64,000 nt of DNA from Octopus sinensis. Its lineage: Eukaryota. Numbering within the stretch: the first letter of the stretch is position 1; each line of letters begins with the position of its first letter. This document shows positions 43,992 to 57,235 of this stretch, piece by piece. The translations under genes were made by a program, and so were the position numbers. The stretch spans positions 59,334,001 through 59,398,000 of the forward strand of contig NC_043005.1 of the NCBI RefSeq assembly GCF_006345805.1. Reading direction: 5' to 3'. The notes under the pieces are model-generated. The model searched no databases. It was not told the origin of the DNA and saw only the letters and a list, made by a program, of their open reading frames with translations.

Positions 43992-44174
43992 ACGCGCACG
44001 CACGCGCACATACACACACGTACACACACGTACACACACACAAAGTATCTACGTGTCTCGTGTGATTTAGATCCGATTCTCATCTGACAGTCTGATCTCA
44101 ACAGAGACAGCCGAATAAAAGAATGATGCAATTGTACTAAAATAAAGGATCAAAACGAAATGTTTGTGTTTGTT

Positions 44175-44212
<38 letters not shown>

Positions 44213-44458
44213 TGTGTGTTGCAGAAGAGAGCTACAGAACAAAGCACACAGAATATGTAAGGAATCAATAGTGACGTAAATAACTGATTAGGCTCTGTTT
44301 ACGAAGTATACGATTTTGTACTACGTGAATGTTTTTTTTTTTTTGGTTTCGTTCGTTGTACGTCCATTTACCAAAGCCATCATGGACTTGACAAATATGT
44401 TATTGTGTCATTGTTTCATATCGGGATGGTTTTCCCCACGCTAATCGTTATCTTTTAC

Positions 44459-44563
44459 CTGGTAAAGGATCTCTTGTTTCACAAGTTATCGAGGGTGCGA
44501 GAAATGCGAGTGATCTCGTGGCAGGAGGAATGTTAACAAAACACTGCGTGAAGGTTGTGATTT
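44459..44563 (-). CDS. candidate exon (ITTFTQCFVNIPPATRSLAFLAPSITCETRDPLP), phase 1-1
   Basis: Acceptor gtctggtttattcag and CAG|gtaaaa donor; 105 nt with one open frame. Confidence 0.5.
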
Positions 44564-46011
44564 CTGAATAAACCAGACACAAATGGAAACAGAGACATGA
44601 ACACACACATGCCCGTACAAAAGCAAACACACACACACACACACACACGAGGGGATTCTTCAGTTTCTATCTATCAGATTCACTCTCAAAGCTTTCGAGT
44701 AATAGTATAAATGCTCCCAATGTACCCTACAGTAGTAGTGAATCCGAAACCACGTACTTTTGAAGCAAACTTATGTATGTATATATGTATGTATGACATG
44801 TTTGTTCAGATTTCACTCTTCGTTCTTTTGTTCTCCCTCTCACATACCATTGCCTTCTCTTCATACTCACCTTCCCTCCTCTTTTCACTTCACTGTCTCC
44901 CTGCCATTTTTCTCGCTCCTCCTTATTTCTTCTGTCCCTCTGCCTCTACTTCCCTCTCTCATCTCTCCCCATGTGACCGGTGTTCGGCCAAGCCTGATTT
45001 TCTTCCTTGGTTCGGCCGCTGTCCGTGCAACATCTATATTCTTCCCCGTGCCTGTAAAATCTTGTACCACTGCCGTAAGGCTTTACTTCAACACACGCTA
45101 GCTTAATTTGATTCGTCTTTAGTCGAAAGACACCTGTTGTTATGTCCTGTTATTTCTATTTGTGTAACCTTTTCCGTTTTTTCCGTCCTTGTTTTCTTTT
45201 TATCGTCTATCTGGATGTTTTGTTGTCCCTTTCTTGTATCACCTAACTGTCTGGATGTTTTGCGTTCTTGTCCCATTTTGTACATATATATATATCACAT
45301 GATCACGTGACCGACCAGACCATCAGATGTTGTTACACATCGCTGGTCACAATGCGTTCGCATTGTTTTAGCCTTCCAACGACGCCACCCCGCTGGCTAA
45401 GCGAGCAGGCCACACACACACACACACACATATATATATTCACTGATAACCAGAAAATTATCTATCTACCTATCTACCCGTACCTGCGCACGCACACACA
45501 CACACACGCATACACCCACCCACGCACATTCTCTCACACACACGTGTATATATAATTGTCCAATATCTTTTTAGTCGAGTGAAAAGTAATAGAATAGTCC
45601 ATTTACAAAAAAGATTTCATGTCAGATATTGAGAGGCAAATCAAACAATCATCGGAGATAGCTGAAACGACCCGTGTCGCCTAAGCTATTTTGTTACTAG
45701 AGGTCTGAAAGCATCAGGACCGATGTATGTGTCTTAGAGATGTTGTAAGAAAGCACACAAATCGAAATCAAACAGAAACAGAATGGATAAACTTATTTCG
45801 CTTATCAGAACTCTACTCCTTTGGCCAGTCGATAGCCATGACAGAAGGTTCACTCCCATTTACAGGATATTTCTTTAGAGAGATGGAGTAAAGGTTGAGT
45901 GAGGTTGTAACGCGAAGACATGGGGAGCAGTGGAAATACTGAGGGAGTTGGGGAGGGTAACAATTCTTAAATCCGTGTATAGACTTGTACATTCATCTGT
46001 CTTGATAGGTT

Positions 46012-46430
46012 TGTGTGGCTGTGTGGTAAGTAGCTTGTTTACGAACCACATGGTTCCGGGTTCAGTCCTACTGCGTCGCACCTTGGGCAAGTGTCTTCTA
46101 CTATAGCCTCGGGCCGACCAAAGCCTTGTGAGTGGATTTGGTAGACGGAAACTGAAAGAAGCTCGTTGTATATATGTATATATATATATATGCGTGTGTG
46201 TGTTTGTGTGTCTGTGTTTGTCCACCTAGCATTGCTTGACAACCCATGCTGGTGTGTTTATGTCCCCGTCACTTAGCGGTTCGGCAAAAAGAGACCGATA
46301 GAATAAGTACTGGGCTTACAAAGAATAAGTCCCGGGGTCGAGTTGCTCGATTAAAGGCGGTGCTCCAGCATGGCCGCAGTCAAATGACTGAAACAAGTAA
46401 AAGAGTAAAAGAGAAAGAGTAAGAGTATAC
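46012..46430 (+). mobile_element. full-length SINE-B with (AAAGAGT)n tail
   Basis: High similarity to 61272-61685. Confidence 0.92.
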
Positions 46431-46499
46431 AAGCTGAGGGTTGCGGAAACATTAACTCAGGGAGAGAAAATTACTGAGAGTGGAAGATATGACACTCAT

Positions 46500-47230
46500 A
46501 TTCATATTCAAGGTTCACTTTCAAAGTTCAGATATACTTCTGGATTGATCATGTTCTGTTGGATTCTTTTCTCTGTGAAGCATTCTATAACTCTTACTTT
46601 TGCTAAGTCAAGGTCTGAAATTTTCCAGTATCCTACAGGTGATGTAATGTGTGATATTCTCTTTCAGTATCGATATATATCTCGCAAAAGTTGTGACATT
46701 ACGGCTCTCCTGCATATTAACCGTAGATTTGGGGTTGATGAACCTGGATATAAGGAAGCTTCCGTTGCACCCAGGTATTCCCTTCGACAGCATCTCCACC
46801 TCATATACGAAGGGTCCCGTATTGTCTCAACCGTTTAAAGGACAGGTGGTGTTACTTCTGCATGAGGAGTCTGCTTATGTGCTACATGTGAATTTATTAT
46901 TTTCTTTAAACCTTGTGCCCAGCTGAAAGAAATCCTCAAAATATTGCTATTAAGTATGTTTATTCAATACCTATGTTTTTGTAGAAAAATCACATTTTAC
47001 ATACATAAAGGAGAGCCCATCTACACAAGTTGTAGTATTAATAGAAAGCGGAAATGTGAATCATATGAACAAATGAAAGTGCTTCATTTTTGAGAGGTTA
47101 GAGCCAGGGCCTCGCTATTGTGAGGGATGCGGCGTGGAAGACTCCTTATTTGAAGATGACTTGGACATTCTTCTACTAACATTCTTTACCAAACCAGGTT
47201 TATATATATCACGTGTCAGGAAACCAAATT
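46500..47230 (-). pseudogene. Penelope-like element remnant (RT thumb plus GIY-YIG endonuclease)
   Basis: SCRSNTTCPLNG*..FVYEVEM..RFINPKSTVN..TTFARYISILKEN..RILE; upstream KNVSRRMSKSSSNKE. Confidence 0.65.
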
Positions 47231-47369
47231 AGATGCTAACATATCGGCATCCTTTCTACCATCTAATCATAGTTTTCAAAAACAGACATCATCGAACACT
47301 CATACACAAGGTATGTGTTTTGTTATTTCGTGTGTAGGCTGCGCTTATATGCGTATGAGAAAACATATA

Positions 47370-48257
47370 TACGATATGTACCCAAACATTCTATGCACTT
47401 TGTTTTACATCTTTACACTTTTATCAGCGTGAAAGTATTCTCCATTTGAATCAATGCGTCGGGCCAGATGCGCTTTCTTCTGTTCGAAGCAGTTTTGAAA
47501 CTCTTGCAAAGTGATGCCTCTTAATGCCTCCGTCGATTTTGATTTTACATCTTTTACATCTGTAAGACGTTTTCCTTTAAGATCTTTTTTTCATTGAGGG
47601 GAACAAAAAGAGTCCAGATCAACTTCCAACTGTTGTTTCAGTTCATGACACGCATTCAGTCGTGACTGCTTTTGATCTTCCGTAAGTAAGCGAAGCATAA
47701 ATTTTGCTGCAACTCATTTCATTCGTAATTCCTCTCTCAGCATTCGTTAGGTGAAGCCCCGGGACACACCGGTCATATCAACAATTTCCTCAATTGTTCG
47801 GCAACGGTTCTCCGAGATCAGTTCATGAATTTTCGTGATTTTTGCATTCGTTCGGGAGTTCGACGGTCGCCCTGAACAAGGTTGGCCTTCAAGCGAAAAG
47901 TGGCCATTTCTAAAGCGCGGAAACCACTCGTAAACTTGTGTTTTGCTTACAGTAGCATCTTTGTAAGCTGTTTGAAGCATGAGAACTATTTGGGTCACCA
48001 TTTTCCCCAGTAGAAAGCAAAAGTGCATGGAAGTGCGCTGTTACTTCGTTCATGTATTGCAAAAATCGATCGACGAACTGGGCAGAAGCACTGCAGAGCA
48101 AAACGCACCACATGGCAGTCTGACAGCACACGACAACGCCAATCGGTAGGCTGATGCCAGAGAATCGCAACAAGTGGCTTATAACGGCAGAACTCTGAAA
48201 TACAATGGGCTTGTCCCACAGAGAACGTTTCTGGTTACTTTTAGGTACCACCTTGTA
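47370..48257 (-). mobile_element. internally deleted mariner transposon
   Basis: N-terminal FCFLLGK..LQTAYKDATVSKTQVYEWF..GRPS and RVAAKF.., joined to C-terminal MKKDLKGKR..IDSNGEYF; catalytic core missing; end tacaaggtggtacctaaaagtaacc. Confidence 0.9.
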
Positions 48258-48774
48258 CACTCACACAATCAGTCCAATATATAAAGAAAGATTGGAAATT
48301 AAAGCAAACTAATTCTTTGGGGGATTTTAACAAGCTGACGATTGAGGCAATGTAAATTATTTTAACTGTTATATTAGAGTTGGCAAGATAATAGGGTTAC
48401 TTCGCACTGAAAATTCCATCGTATATCAGATAAGTGGTCGAATTTATCTCAGAATGGAAAACTATTCCTGTAAGTTCTTTTGAGACTGCCAATAGTAATC
48501 ATACTGAATAACTGTTCTTTTATAATACAGTTAAAGTAACCTATGACACGTGTGTTAGCAGACATATTCACTGTAGTTTCTAGGTGACAGCCATGGAATT
48601 TGAAACATTTCTCAGGAATAAATTAGACAAACGTTGTATATTGTGAGGGTCATCTTTTGCCAATAAAACGTACATACTAGTTCTATTTCACTTATCCGCC
48701 TCCTCTTCATTATCATCATCAACATCATCATTGTCGTCGTCCTTATAATCAGTGTTACTATTAATACTAATGTT

Positions 48775-49175
48775 GCGAGCTGGCAAGATCTGTAGCATAC
48801 GGGGAAAATGCTTGCGGCATTTCGTTCATCTTTGCATTACGAGTTAAAATTATGCCTTTCATCATTTCAGGGTCTAAATAATAAAATACCATTTGAGGAT
48901 TGGTTGGAGTCGAGGTAACCGACATACTTCTCCGTAATTGATGGCCTCCATAATTTAAAACTGATTATGTTGGGGAGCTGGCAAAATCGTTGACATACCG
49001 GGAGAAATGCATAGCAACATTTCATCAGTCTTTATATCCTAAGTTCAAATTCCACGGAGGTCGACTTTGCCCCTCATCCTTTTGGGGCTGATAAAACAAT
49101 TACTCGCTGACCGCTTAGGTCGATGTAATCGACTACCCTTCTCTTCAAATTTCGGCCTTGTGCCTATAATAGAAA
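48775..49175 (+). mobile_element. two old short-tail SINE-A copies
   Basis: gagctggcaa..gttcaaattcc..gtcgactttgcc..tttcggccttgtgcctataatagaa. Confidence 0.7.
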
Positions 49176-49204
49176 TTATTATTATTATTATTGTTATTAT
49201 TGTT

Positions 49205-50009
49205 ATTCAGTAGTTTTAGTTTTATAACGTGCGTTCACTTCCCTACCGAGCGCAGCTCTGTGTGCCTTGGGCATGTGCCGTGGTTTGCTGTGATGGTCTT
49301 ATAGTTACTGTATTGAAAGTGTTTTGCGTAGGAAGTGTGTAGTGCCCAGTAGTGCAATTTTCTGTATGTTTTATATATTTGTAAGTCCTGGTGTTTTTGT
49401 TGTGTATTTATCTGAATATTCTTTTATCATACCTAATGCACCCACTATGATAGGAATTGTTTCTGTTTTTAGATTCCACATTCGAGTTATCTCTATTTCC
49501 AGGTCTTTGTATTTTGAAAGTTTCTCCATTTGTTTTAGAGAAACGTTGTCATCTGCTGCTATTGATACATCAATTAGAAAGCATTTCTTTCTTCATGATC
49601 TCTGACAACTATATCTGGCCTATTGGCCTTAATTTCTCTGTGTGTATTGGCATATCCCAGAGTTAGGTTGTCTTCTCGTTTTCTGTGACCTTTTCTGGCG
49701 TATGCTTATACTATCGTTTTTCTGTTGTTATTCTATAGTGTTGGCATAACTTCCGATATATGTAGGTCCAAGTCTGTCGTGTCTGTGAATATATTTCTTC
49801 TTAGCCAGGACTGGATAGCCAGAGATAATGTGATTTATTGTATATTGTCCGTCTCCACATATTCTGCAGTTACTTGTTATGTTTCTTTACATTACATGTT
49901 TTTGGTAATTTCTGGTGGGGAGGCTTTGGTCTAGTGTTGCAATTAAAAATCCTTCAGTCTCTGCTTTGAGTCCAGAGCTTCTCAACCATTGCTGGGATTT
50001 TTCTCTGTC

Positions 50010-50010
<1 letters not shown>
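49205..50010 (-). mobile_element. 5'-truncated R4/Dong-clade LINE between (TAA)n tracts
   Basis: SQQWLRSSGLKAETEGFLIA..DQSLPTRNYQ, RLE region and terminal LRKTLSIQ*; TAA repeats on both sides. Confidence 0.88.
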
Positions 50011-50092
<82 letters not shown>

Positions 50093-50729
50093 CCAGTACC
50101 AGTTGTCTATTTAAGTAATCAAACGATTAAATATTGAAAACATTTCCTAATCGAATGGGTAATTAACTCTTTGATTAGCTATTCGACCAATTAATCAGTC
50201 AAGCAGTTAATTGTCAGTCATTCATGGCCTAATCACCATTCACGGCCTCATCAATGGCATACCCTCCTTACTCCAATCCTGACACGTGACAAACCTGGAA
50301 TGACAAGGGTACATCAGTGATGAGCTCACAAAGGGTGACGAATGGACTCTAACAAACCAATTCTTTCATTTCTTGACTGATTGAGTGATCGAAAGGTTAA
50401 TCAAACGATAAATTAGTTAATTAATTCAATGCTTAATTAATTATCTAGTTGATAAATGACAATATTTTCTAATTTTGACACAAGGATAGAAATCTAAGGG
50501 TCGGAAGCAAGTCAACAACGCCGACCTCAGTACTTGATTGGAATTTTGTATTACCAAGCCCGAAAGGATGAAAGACAAAGTTGATTCCAGCGGGATTTGA
50601 GTCTGCAACGTTAAGAACCGGAAGAAATGTCACTAAACATTTTTTCTGGGGCACTAATGATGTTGCCTGCTCGACAAATAATAATAATAAATAATAATAA
50701 TAATAATAATAATAGTGAGTTTATGCATA

Positions 50730-51750
50730 ATACCCAGTTTGAAGCGTATGATGGAAGTGAGGCAACTGCAAAAATGTGTTTGAACAATTGTCTGACAGGT
50801 GGGAACAAAAACCTCTGTAACAAACTAACTGATGTACAGCAGAAACACATCCATCAGTGGCTACGGAGCTCAGGGTTAAAGTTAGAGAGTGAAGGGTTTA
50901 TCTTGACTGCTCAGGATGAGAGCTTATTGACCCGGAACTATCAAGCCAATGTGATGAAAATTTGGTGTATACCCAAAGTGCCGATAATGCAACGATGGGA
51001 TTGAAACAGTGAATCACCTAATCTCTAGGTGTAAGGATTTAATACCTATTTATTTACTACACACAGAGGGGACAAACAAGGACAGACAAACGGATTAAGT
51101 CGATTATATCGACTCCAGTGCGTAACTGGCACTTATTTAATCGACCCCGAAAGGATGAAAAGCAAAGCCGACCTCGGTGGAATTTGAACTCAGAACGTAG
51201 CGGCAGACGAAATACCGCTAAGCATTTCGCCCGGCGTGCTAACGATTCTGCCTGCTCGCCACTGTAGAGTACAAATCAAGACATGAAAGAGTTGGCCAAT
51301 ATTCACTTTGGATAATGTGTCGGCATTATAAAATCAAAACTGCTGACAAATGGAAAAAGCACCTCCCCGATACTGTAACTGAGGTAGAAAATGTAATGAT
51401 TCTTGGGGATTTCCCAGTATGTCCAGACCGGACCATCAAAGCAAATAAACCAGATATTATTGTGAAAGACCAAAACAATAAAGTCTGCTTATTGATTGAC
51501 ATGATCTTAATATCTCGGCAAAAGAATTTGATAAGCTCAGAAAATATAAAGATTGGCAGATCGAAATCGAAAATATGTAGCGTCTCAAGACGGTTACAAT
51601 ACTAATGATTGTAAGAGCACTTGGAATGATCAGATAAGGAACTGAAAATTATTTAAGAATGATCCCTGGTTTACCATCCATACAGGAAGTGCAAAAGATT
51701 GTCTTAACCGATACATCTCACGTACTGAAAAGAGCATTGTTGCTGTGAAT
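50730..51750 (+). pseudogene. R4/Dong-clade LINE 3' fragment (CCHC plus PD-(D/E)xK RLE) with a SINE-A inserted at 51047-51262
   Basis: QWLRSSGLKLESEGFILTAQD, ETVNHLISRC, ANKPDIIVKD..CLLID. Confidence 0.88.
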
Positions 51751-52009
51751 TTTCTTTCTTTTCCGCTTTGTTTTCTTCGTTTACTTTTATATTTTTTCAT
51801 TTTTTATTTTTCTCTGTCTTTCTTCCCTCCTTTTCTCTGTCACATAACTTTGTAAATGAACAATTTGGTGTGTTTTTTTAATGGCCTACCAATGTATACA
51901 GTGCGTTTCATTACCTTAGATGTCACGAAGACACTTGGCAAGACTTGGAAACAAAATTGAAAGACGGTAATGAATATAGCAACAACAACAATAATAATAA
52001 TAATAATAA

Positions 52010-52950
52010 TTGTGATACCACTTCCCGTATGTAATAGCATTCTGACACTAGTGTTTTCAATTCTTACATCCATTAATTTTCTGTTTATTGTAGTCACAAC
52101 TTTTCTTGCTGGCAAACTACTTATTTTTCTTCTTGTTTGTTCTATTCCCTTGTCATTTTAGTTTTGCAGTGTGATTTTATTTGTCCTGTAAAACCACAGC
52201 GAAAACACGTTTTTTTATACGGATAGTATTTTGGAACGTGCATCCCACCACATGCCATACATGGGTCTACATCCCAATATTTTTTTCTGCTTTTCCTGCA
52301 ACACTTTATTTGTTTTCCTACTTTTATTCACTGGTCTTATATGGAAACTCTCTGCTGAATTTCTTCCGTTTCATGCTTTAATTCTAATATCCTGTCACAT
52401 TCTTCTGATAGTTTCTGCAATGCCAAATCCTGGTACATTTCCAGTTTAGATAGAATTTTAGTTCGGATTTCTGCATCCCTCTTATCTGTCAATCCTTGTG
52501 CAAAAATCAAACACTTGAAAGAATCTGGAGTAAGCATATCTAGCCTAAATCCCTCACATTCTTTGTTGACTGTGCCTGTGTAAGTAGTGAAGTCTTCATC
52601 TTCGCTTCTTTCTATGTTTAAACATTTTCATCTAATATTAAAAGCGACCCCTTTTTACTAAACATTTTGCACAAAATGTCAACTGTGTCGGTGAAATTTA
52701 TGTCAAACGCTTTTTTTTTCTTTTGGCAACATGAAGTTACTATATTTTTCATGCTTTGCTGTCCATAGTTTTCTTAAAACTAGACGCATCTTCATATCAT
52801 CCTTCCAATCCTGGCATTCTTTTGCAAAAATTTGTTAAATCTTCGGAAATAAGCCTCGAAAGTTACATGGTCAGAATGATAGCAAAAGGGGCTGATTGTT
52901 ACCTTGCACAGATACCAGAAAATCCCAAAATGGAAGAAATTTAAAAGAAA
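52010..52950 (-). pseudogene. K02A2.6-like Gypsy gag-protease remnant
   Basis: VTFEAYFRR, DWKDDMKMRLVLRKL, FKCLIFAQGLTDKRDAEIRTKILSKLE and LLHTGSGITII; same family as the 19.3-kb gag. Confidence 0.75.
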
Positions 52951-53269
52951 TAGTACTCGCGGGAACTGCGAGTAATCTCCCCAAAATTTTAATCCATAAA
53001 CAGTGTCAAAATACTTTTAACTGTACATAATAACAAATACCTTATGATCACTATCATCTTATCAAATTACTTTTAAAACTAACTTTTAATTTTCTCGTGG
53101 TTTGACAGACATTCTCTTGAACAATTCTCTGTACAAAAGCAAAAATATGGCACCCTAGTCATAACATCGACTTGAACATCTAACTTTTTGTCCCTTGAGA
53201 TCTCTGAGTGAGACTCAGAGTCAACTTGTACAAATACCAAGCAGAACCCAAACATATGATAATAATAAT

Positions 53270-55645
53270 GTGAGCAAACCCGTAGTCGAAAATGGTGTTC
53301 ATCTTAGGGGACACCGAACAAGCATGTATGATCAATGGAGAGAAAGATGATTGTTTCAACTCACGGAACAGAGATTATGTGATCAAGCTAGAGCAATAAG
53401 AAAAAATCGAAGCTATTAGAAGACGGATATTGGAAAACAGCAGCAGAGAAAACGATGAAAATAAGATCCTACTGATAAAAGTAATCTCATAGCAGAAAAC
53501 AGAGGTGAAATATCTAATAAACCATAGAAAAGGAACAGTGATAGCTTGTTCTATGAGAGATATATTGATGGTTTGGAAGAAGGCAATAAAACTAATGGCG
53601 ACATGACAGATAGGCAAAAGGCAATCAACGACAGAATAAAGGCAAGGCTACAGGAGAACGATAGCGACATTATTTGCAACCTTAAAAAAGGTTGATGGGT
53701 GAAAATTGAACCAAGAAACGAAAAATGTGAATGAAATTCTGAAATAGATCAGAACAAAAACACAGAAACAATTAATTTGATCAAGGCAGCAAGTATTGTT
53801 GCAGCAGAAAATGTGGGTGTTGATGTCAAGACAAAAAATATAATGGGAGTGACAAAAGAAAAAATCCATGGTGGAAAAGAAAAACACAGGTGGGGTTAGA
53901 TATGCTCTTGAAGGCAATTTCTGTGTAAGACCGAAAAGGGAACAAAAAATACAGGTCACTGAACAGGAAATATGATATTGAAGGAAAGGGCCTGAAAGAG
54001 GTAATGGAGGATCTGAAACAGCACCTCGTTGCAAAGAAAACAAACATGGTCAGATACGATCAAAGAATGACGGGTTACCATCAGAATAGGTTATTCACAG
54101 TAGATCAGAAGAGATTCTACAAAGAAATAAATGGAGAGTGTACAGATGAAAAGTTGATACCAGATAACATTGAAAGTCAAAGATTTTTTGAGTGACAGCT
54201 GTAGCGAAGACAAGGAGCACAAGAATGATGCTGAATGGTCGAAAGAAATGAAACACAAAGTAGTCTGTCCAAAACAGGCAGAACCAGTAATTTCAGTTAG
54301 GGAAGTTGAAGAAATCATCATAAAAAAAAAGAATGTCCCCGGGATCAGATGGAGTTCAAGGCTAGGGATCAAAAGATTTGGTGAACATCATGGTCAATAT
54401 CAAACGATTTGGTGATTATCATGAACAAATAGCTGCACAACTGAACACCTTGTTAAATGCTGACCAAGTAATACCAGATGTGGTTGACTATGGGTAAGAC
54501 AGTCCTGTGCTTCAAAAACATCAAAAAAGGCAAGACGGTAGACAATAAGATCCTTGAAAGAAGGAGAGAGTTATAAGTATCTAGGAGTATTAGAATCTGA
54601 CAGAGTACTAACTATAGTGATGAAAACGAAAATTGAGAAGGGGTACAATAGAGGGGTAAGAAAGCTAATGAAGTCAAAACCAAATGGCCCAAATCTAGTG
54701 ATGACTGTAAATACTTGGGCAGTATCATTACTTAGATACTCTGCAGCTTTTGTAGATTGAGCAGAAACTGAATTAGCAAAGCTTGACAGAAGAACTAGGA
54801 AGGAATTCAATATGAATAGAGGACTCCACCTATGTGCAGATGTACCAAGATTATACTTATTTAGAAAGGAAGGAGGAAGAAGTTTACTATCAGGAGAAGA
54901 CTGCGTGGAATTAGCTAGAGTAGATATAGACTCCTATGTAGGAATAATGGAGAAAGTTTACTGAGAGCTGCTAGCGTTACAACAAAACAAAGGGAAAGCA
55001 AAAAAGAAAAAGGAATTTAAAAACCAGGAGAAAGAACAAAATTTATCTAACTGACAGTAAAAGGAATTACGTGGTAGATTCTCAAAGATAGTTGCAGAAA
55101 ATAGTAGATAGGGTTATACTCATAATAATAATCCTTTCTACTATAGGTAGAAGGTCTGAAATTTTGGGGGAGATGGGTCGTCGATTATATCTGCTCCAGT
55201 ACTCACCTGGTACTTATTTTATCGACCCCGTGAAAGGAACCCTAAAAAAAACCGAGAGAATAACACTGGCAGCGCAGGACCAAGTACTGGCCACGAACCG
55301 GAGGGTCAACGAACTGAAGAATGAGCAAGGGTTTCCGCTGTGCCGCATCTGCAATAGAGCGGATGAAACCATTGTCCGTATCACGAACGAATGCCCTAGA
55401 CTTGCTCCAATCCACTACAAGTTGTGGCGACACGACCAGGTAGCGAAAGTACTATATTGGAAACTGTGCGAGAAGTAGGGGCAAGACGTGGTATGAGCAC
55501 ACACTGCAGAGAGTGGCAGGGTCGGGGTGGAATCAAGAAGAATATAAAGGAAATTGGAATAGAGTGCCCAGTTGAACTGTTACAAAAAGTTTGCCTCCTT
55601 GGCACGGCCAGAATATTCAGGAAAGTATTAGATAACTGTAAATAA
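53270..55645 (+). pseudogene. decayed near-full-length R4/Dong-clade LINE
   Basis: EQRLCDQARAIRKN, GESYKYLGVLESD, NTWAVSLLRYSA, AAQDQVLATN, CRICNRADET..C..HDQVAK and LLGTARIFRKVL; many stops and deletions. Confidence 0.85.
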
Positions 55646-55779
55646 AAAAAATAAAAAACGAATAGCATGATACCGTAGGCTGCAGGTAGTAGGCCAGCTA
55701 TGCATGCAAGGCTCCAGGACTTGCAACAAAATCTGTGATAAAGAGAAAATAATATCAACAATTATAATAATAATAATGG

Positions 55780-55992
55780 TTTCAAATTTTTGTCGCAAGG
55801 GCAGCAGTTTTGGAGGAGAGGATGAGTCAATTACATCAACCCCAGTGTTCAACTGGTACTTATTTTATCAACCCCGAAAGGATGAAACGTAAAGTCAACC
55901 TCGGTGGAATTTGAACTCAAAACATAGAGATGGGCGAAATACCGCTAAACATTTCGTCCAGCGCGCTAGCGTTTTTGCCAGCTCGCCGCCTT
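55780..55992 (-). mobile_element. short-tail SINE-A
   Basis: Core and head similarity. Confidence 0.8.
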
Positions 55993-56011
55993 AATAATAA
56001 TAATAATAATA

Positions 56012-56105
<94 letters not shown>

Positions 56106-57049
56106 TATGAATCAAATTCAGTGCGTGTGTTACTATTAGCAAAAACAGCTGTCTTGAGATAGAATATCATTTGTTTCGAGACAAAAAATTTGATATTATC
56201 AATCGTGCAAACAGACTCATACAAATGATATGTATAAACATTTATCTAACACTACAATACACTTATAACTCTAATACGGCACCTAAGTTGCAGGATTATT
56301 TATGCCATTAAAATTAAAGCACACCAACCTAAAAGGGTTCGCATCTGTTTTTCATCAGTAGTGACATTTACAGCAGTTTACTCCATTTAATAGAAGTTAG
56401 ATTTAATCGCAGCTGTTACAATGAACATTGACATTAGATTTAAATAAATCCATCAAGTGAATTCTTCGTAATCCTTTGATCTGCTCGAAAGCTTAATATC
56501 TTTAAACTGAGAATCACAGGTTACAGGCCATGAAAATATAAGGATTATGTTGCCAGTATAAGAACGGACTTTCCATTTAATTCAAGTATCTTAGTAAGTG
56601 CGTTGCCGTTGTTTAGCCACAGGTCAGTTTTTGGTGAGAAAACCTATGAACGATGGTTCGGGTATACCCATTCAATCTTACGGATATGTAGGACGACATT
56701 ACCCAGTATGTCCTTTATTGTTATAATAATGTAAGATCGACTAATGATTATATTAATGAACGAAAAATATTGCAATAATTCGAAAACGAAATTGAAAGGG
56801 TAAGCTGTAATTGCGGTTGTCCACGATGTAAGTGAATAAGCCAGAACACCGAACAAGCATCAAGCAGTGGACGAAGAATAAATCTATAAAATGAGTCAAC
56901 GAATAAAATATTTCACCTGATAGAGACAGTAAAGTGTCACACGATTGAATGAATAGGCATAAGCTGAAAGACAAAAAAATGTCGGAGTACGAAAACGTCA
57001 CATGACTGAATCGTGTCACGTGATTGGATGAATAAAAAGAGACAAACTT

Positions 57050-57235
57050 TTCTTTCTACTAAAGGCACAGGGTACTAGTCGATTACATCAACCCGTGTTT
57101 CGCTGGTACGTAATATATCGACCCCGAAAAGATGAAAGGCAAAGTCAACCTTGATGGAATTTGAACTCAGAATATAAAGACTGACGAAATGCTGCTAAGG
57201 ATTTTGTCCAGCGTGTTAACGGTTCTGCCAGGTCA
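57050..57235 (-). mobile_element. short-tail SINE-A
   Basis: Core and head similarity. Confidence 0.78.
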
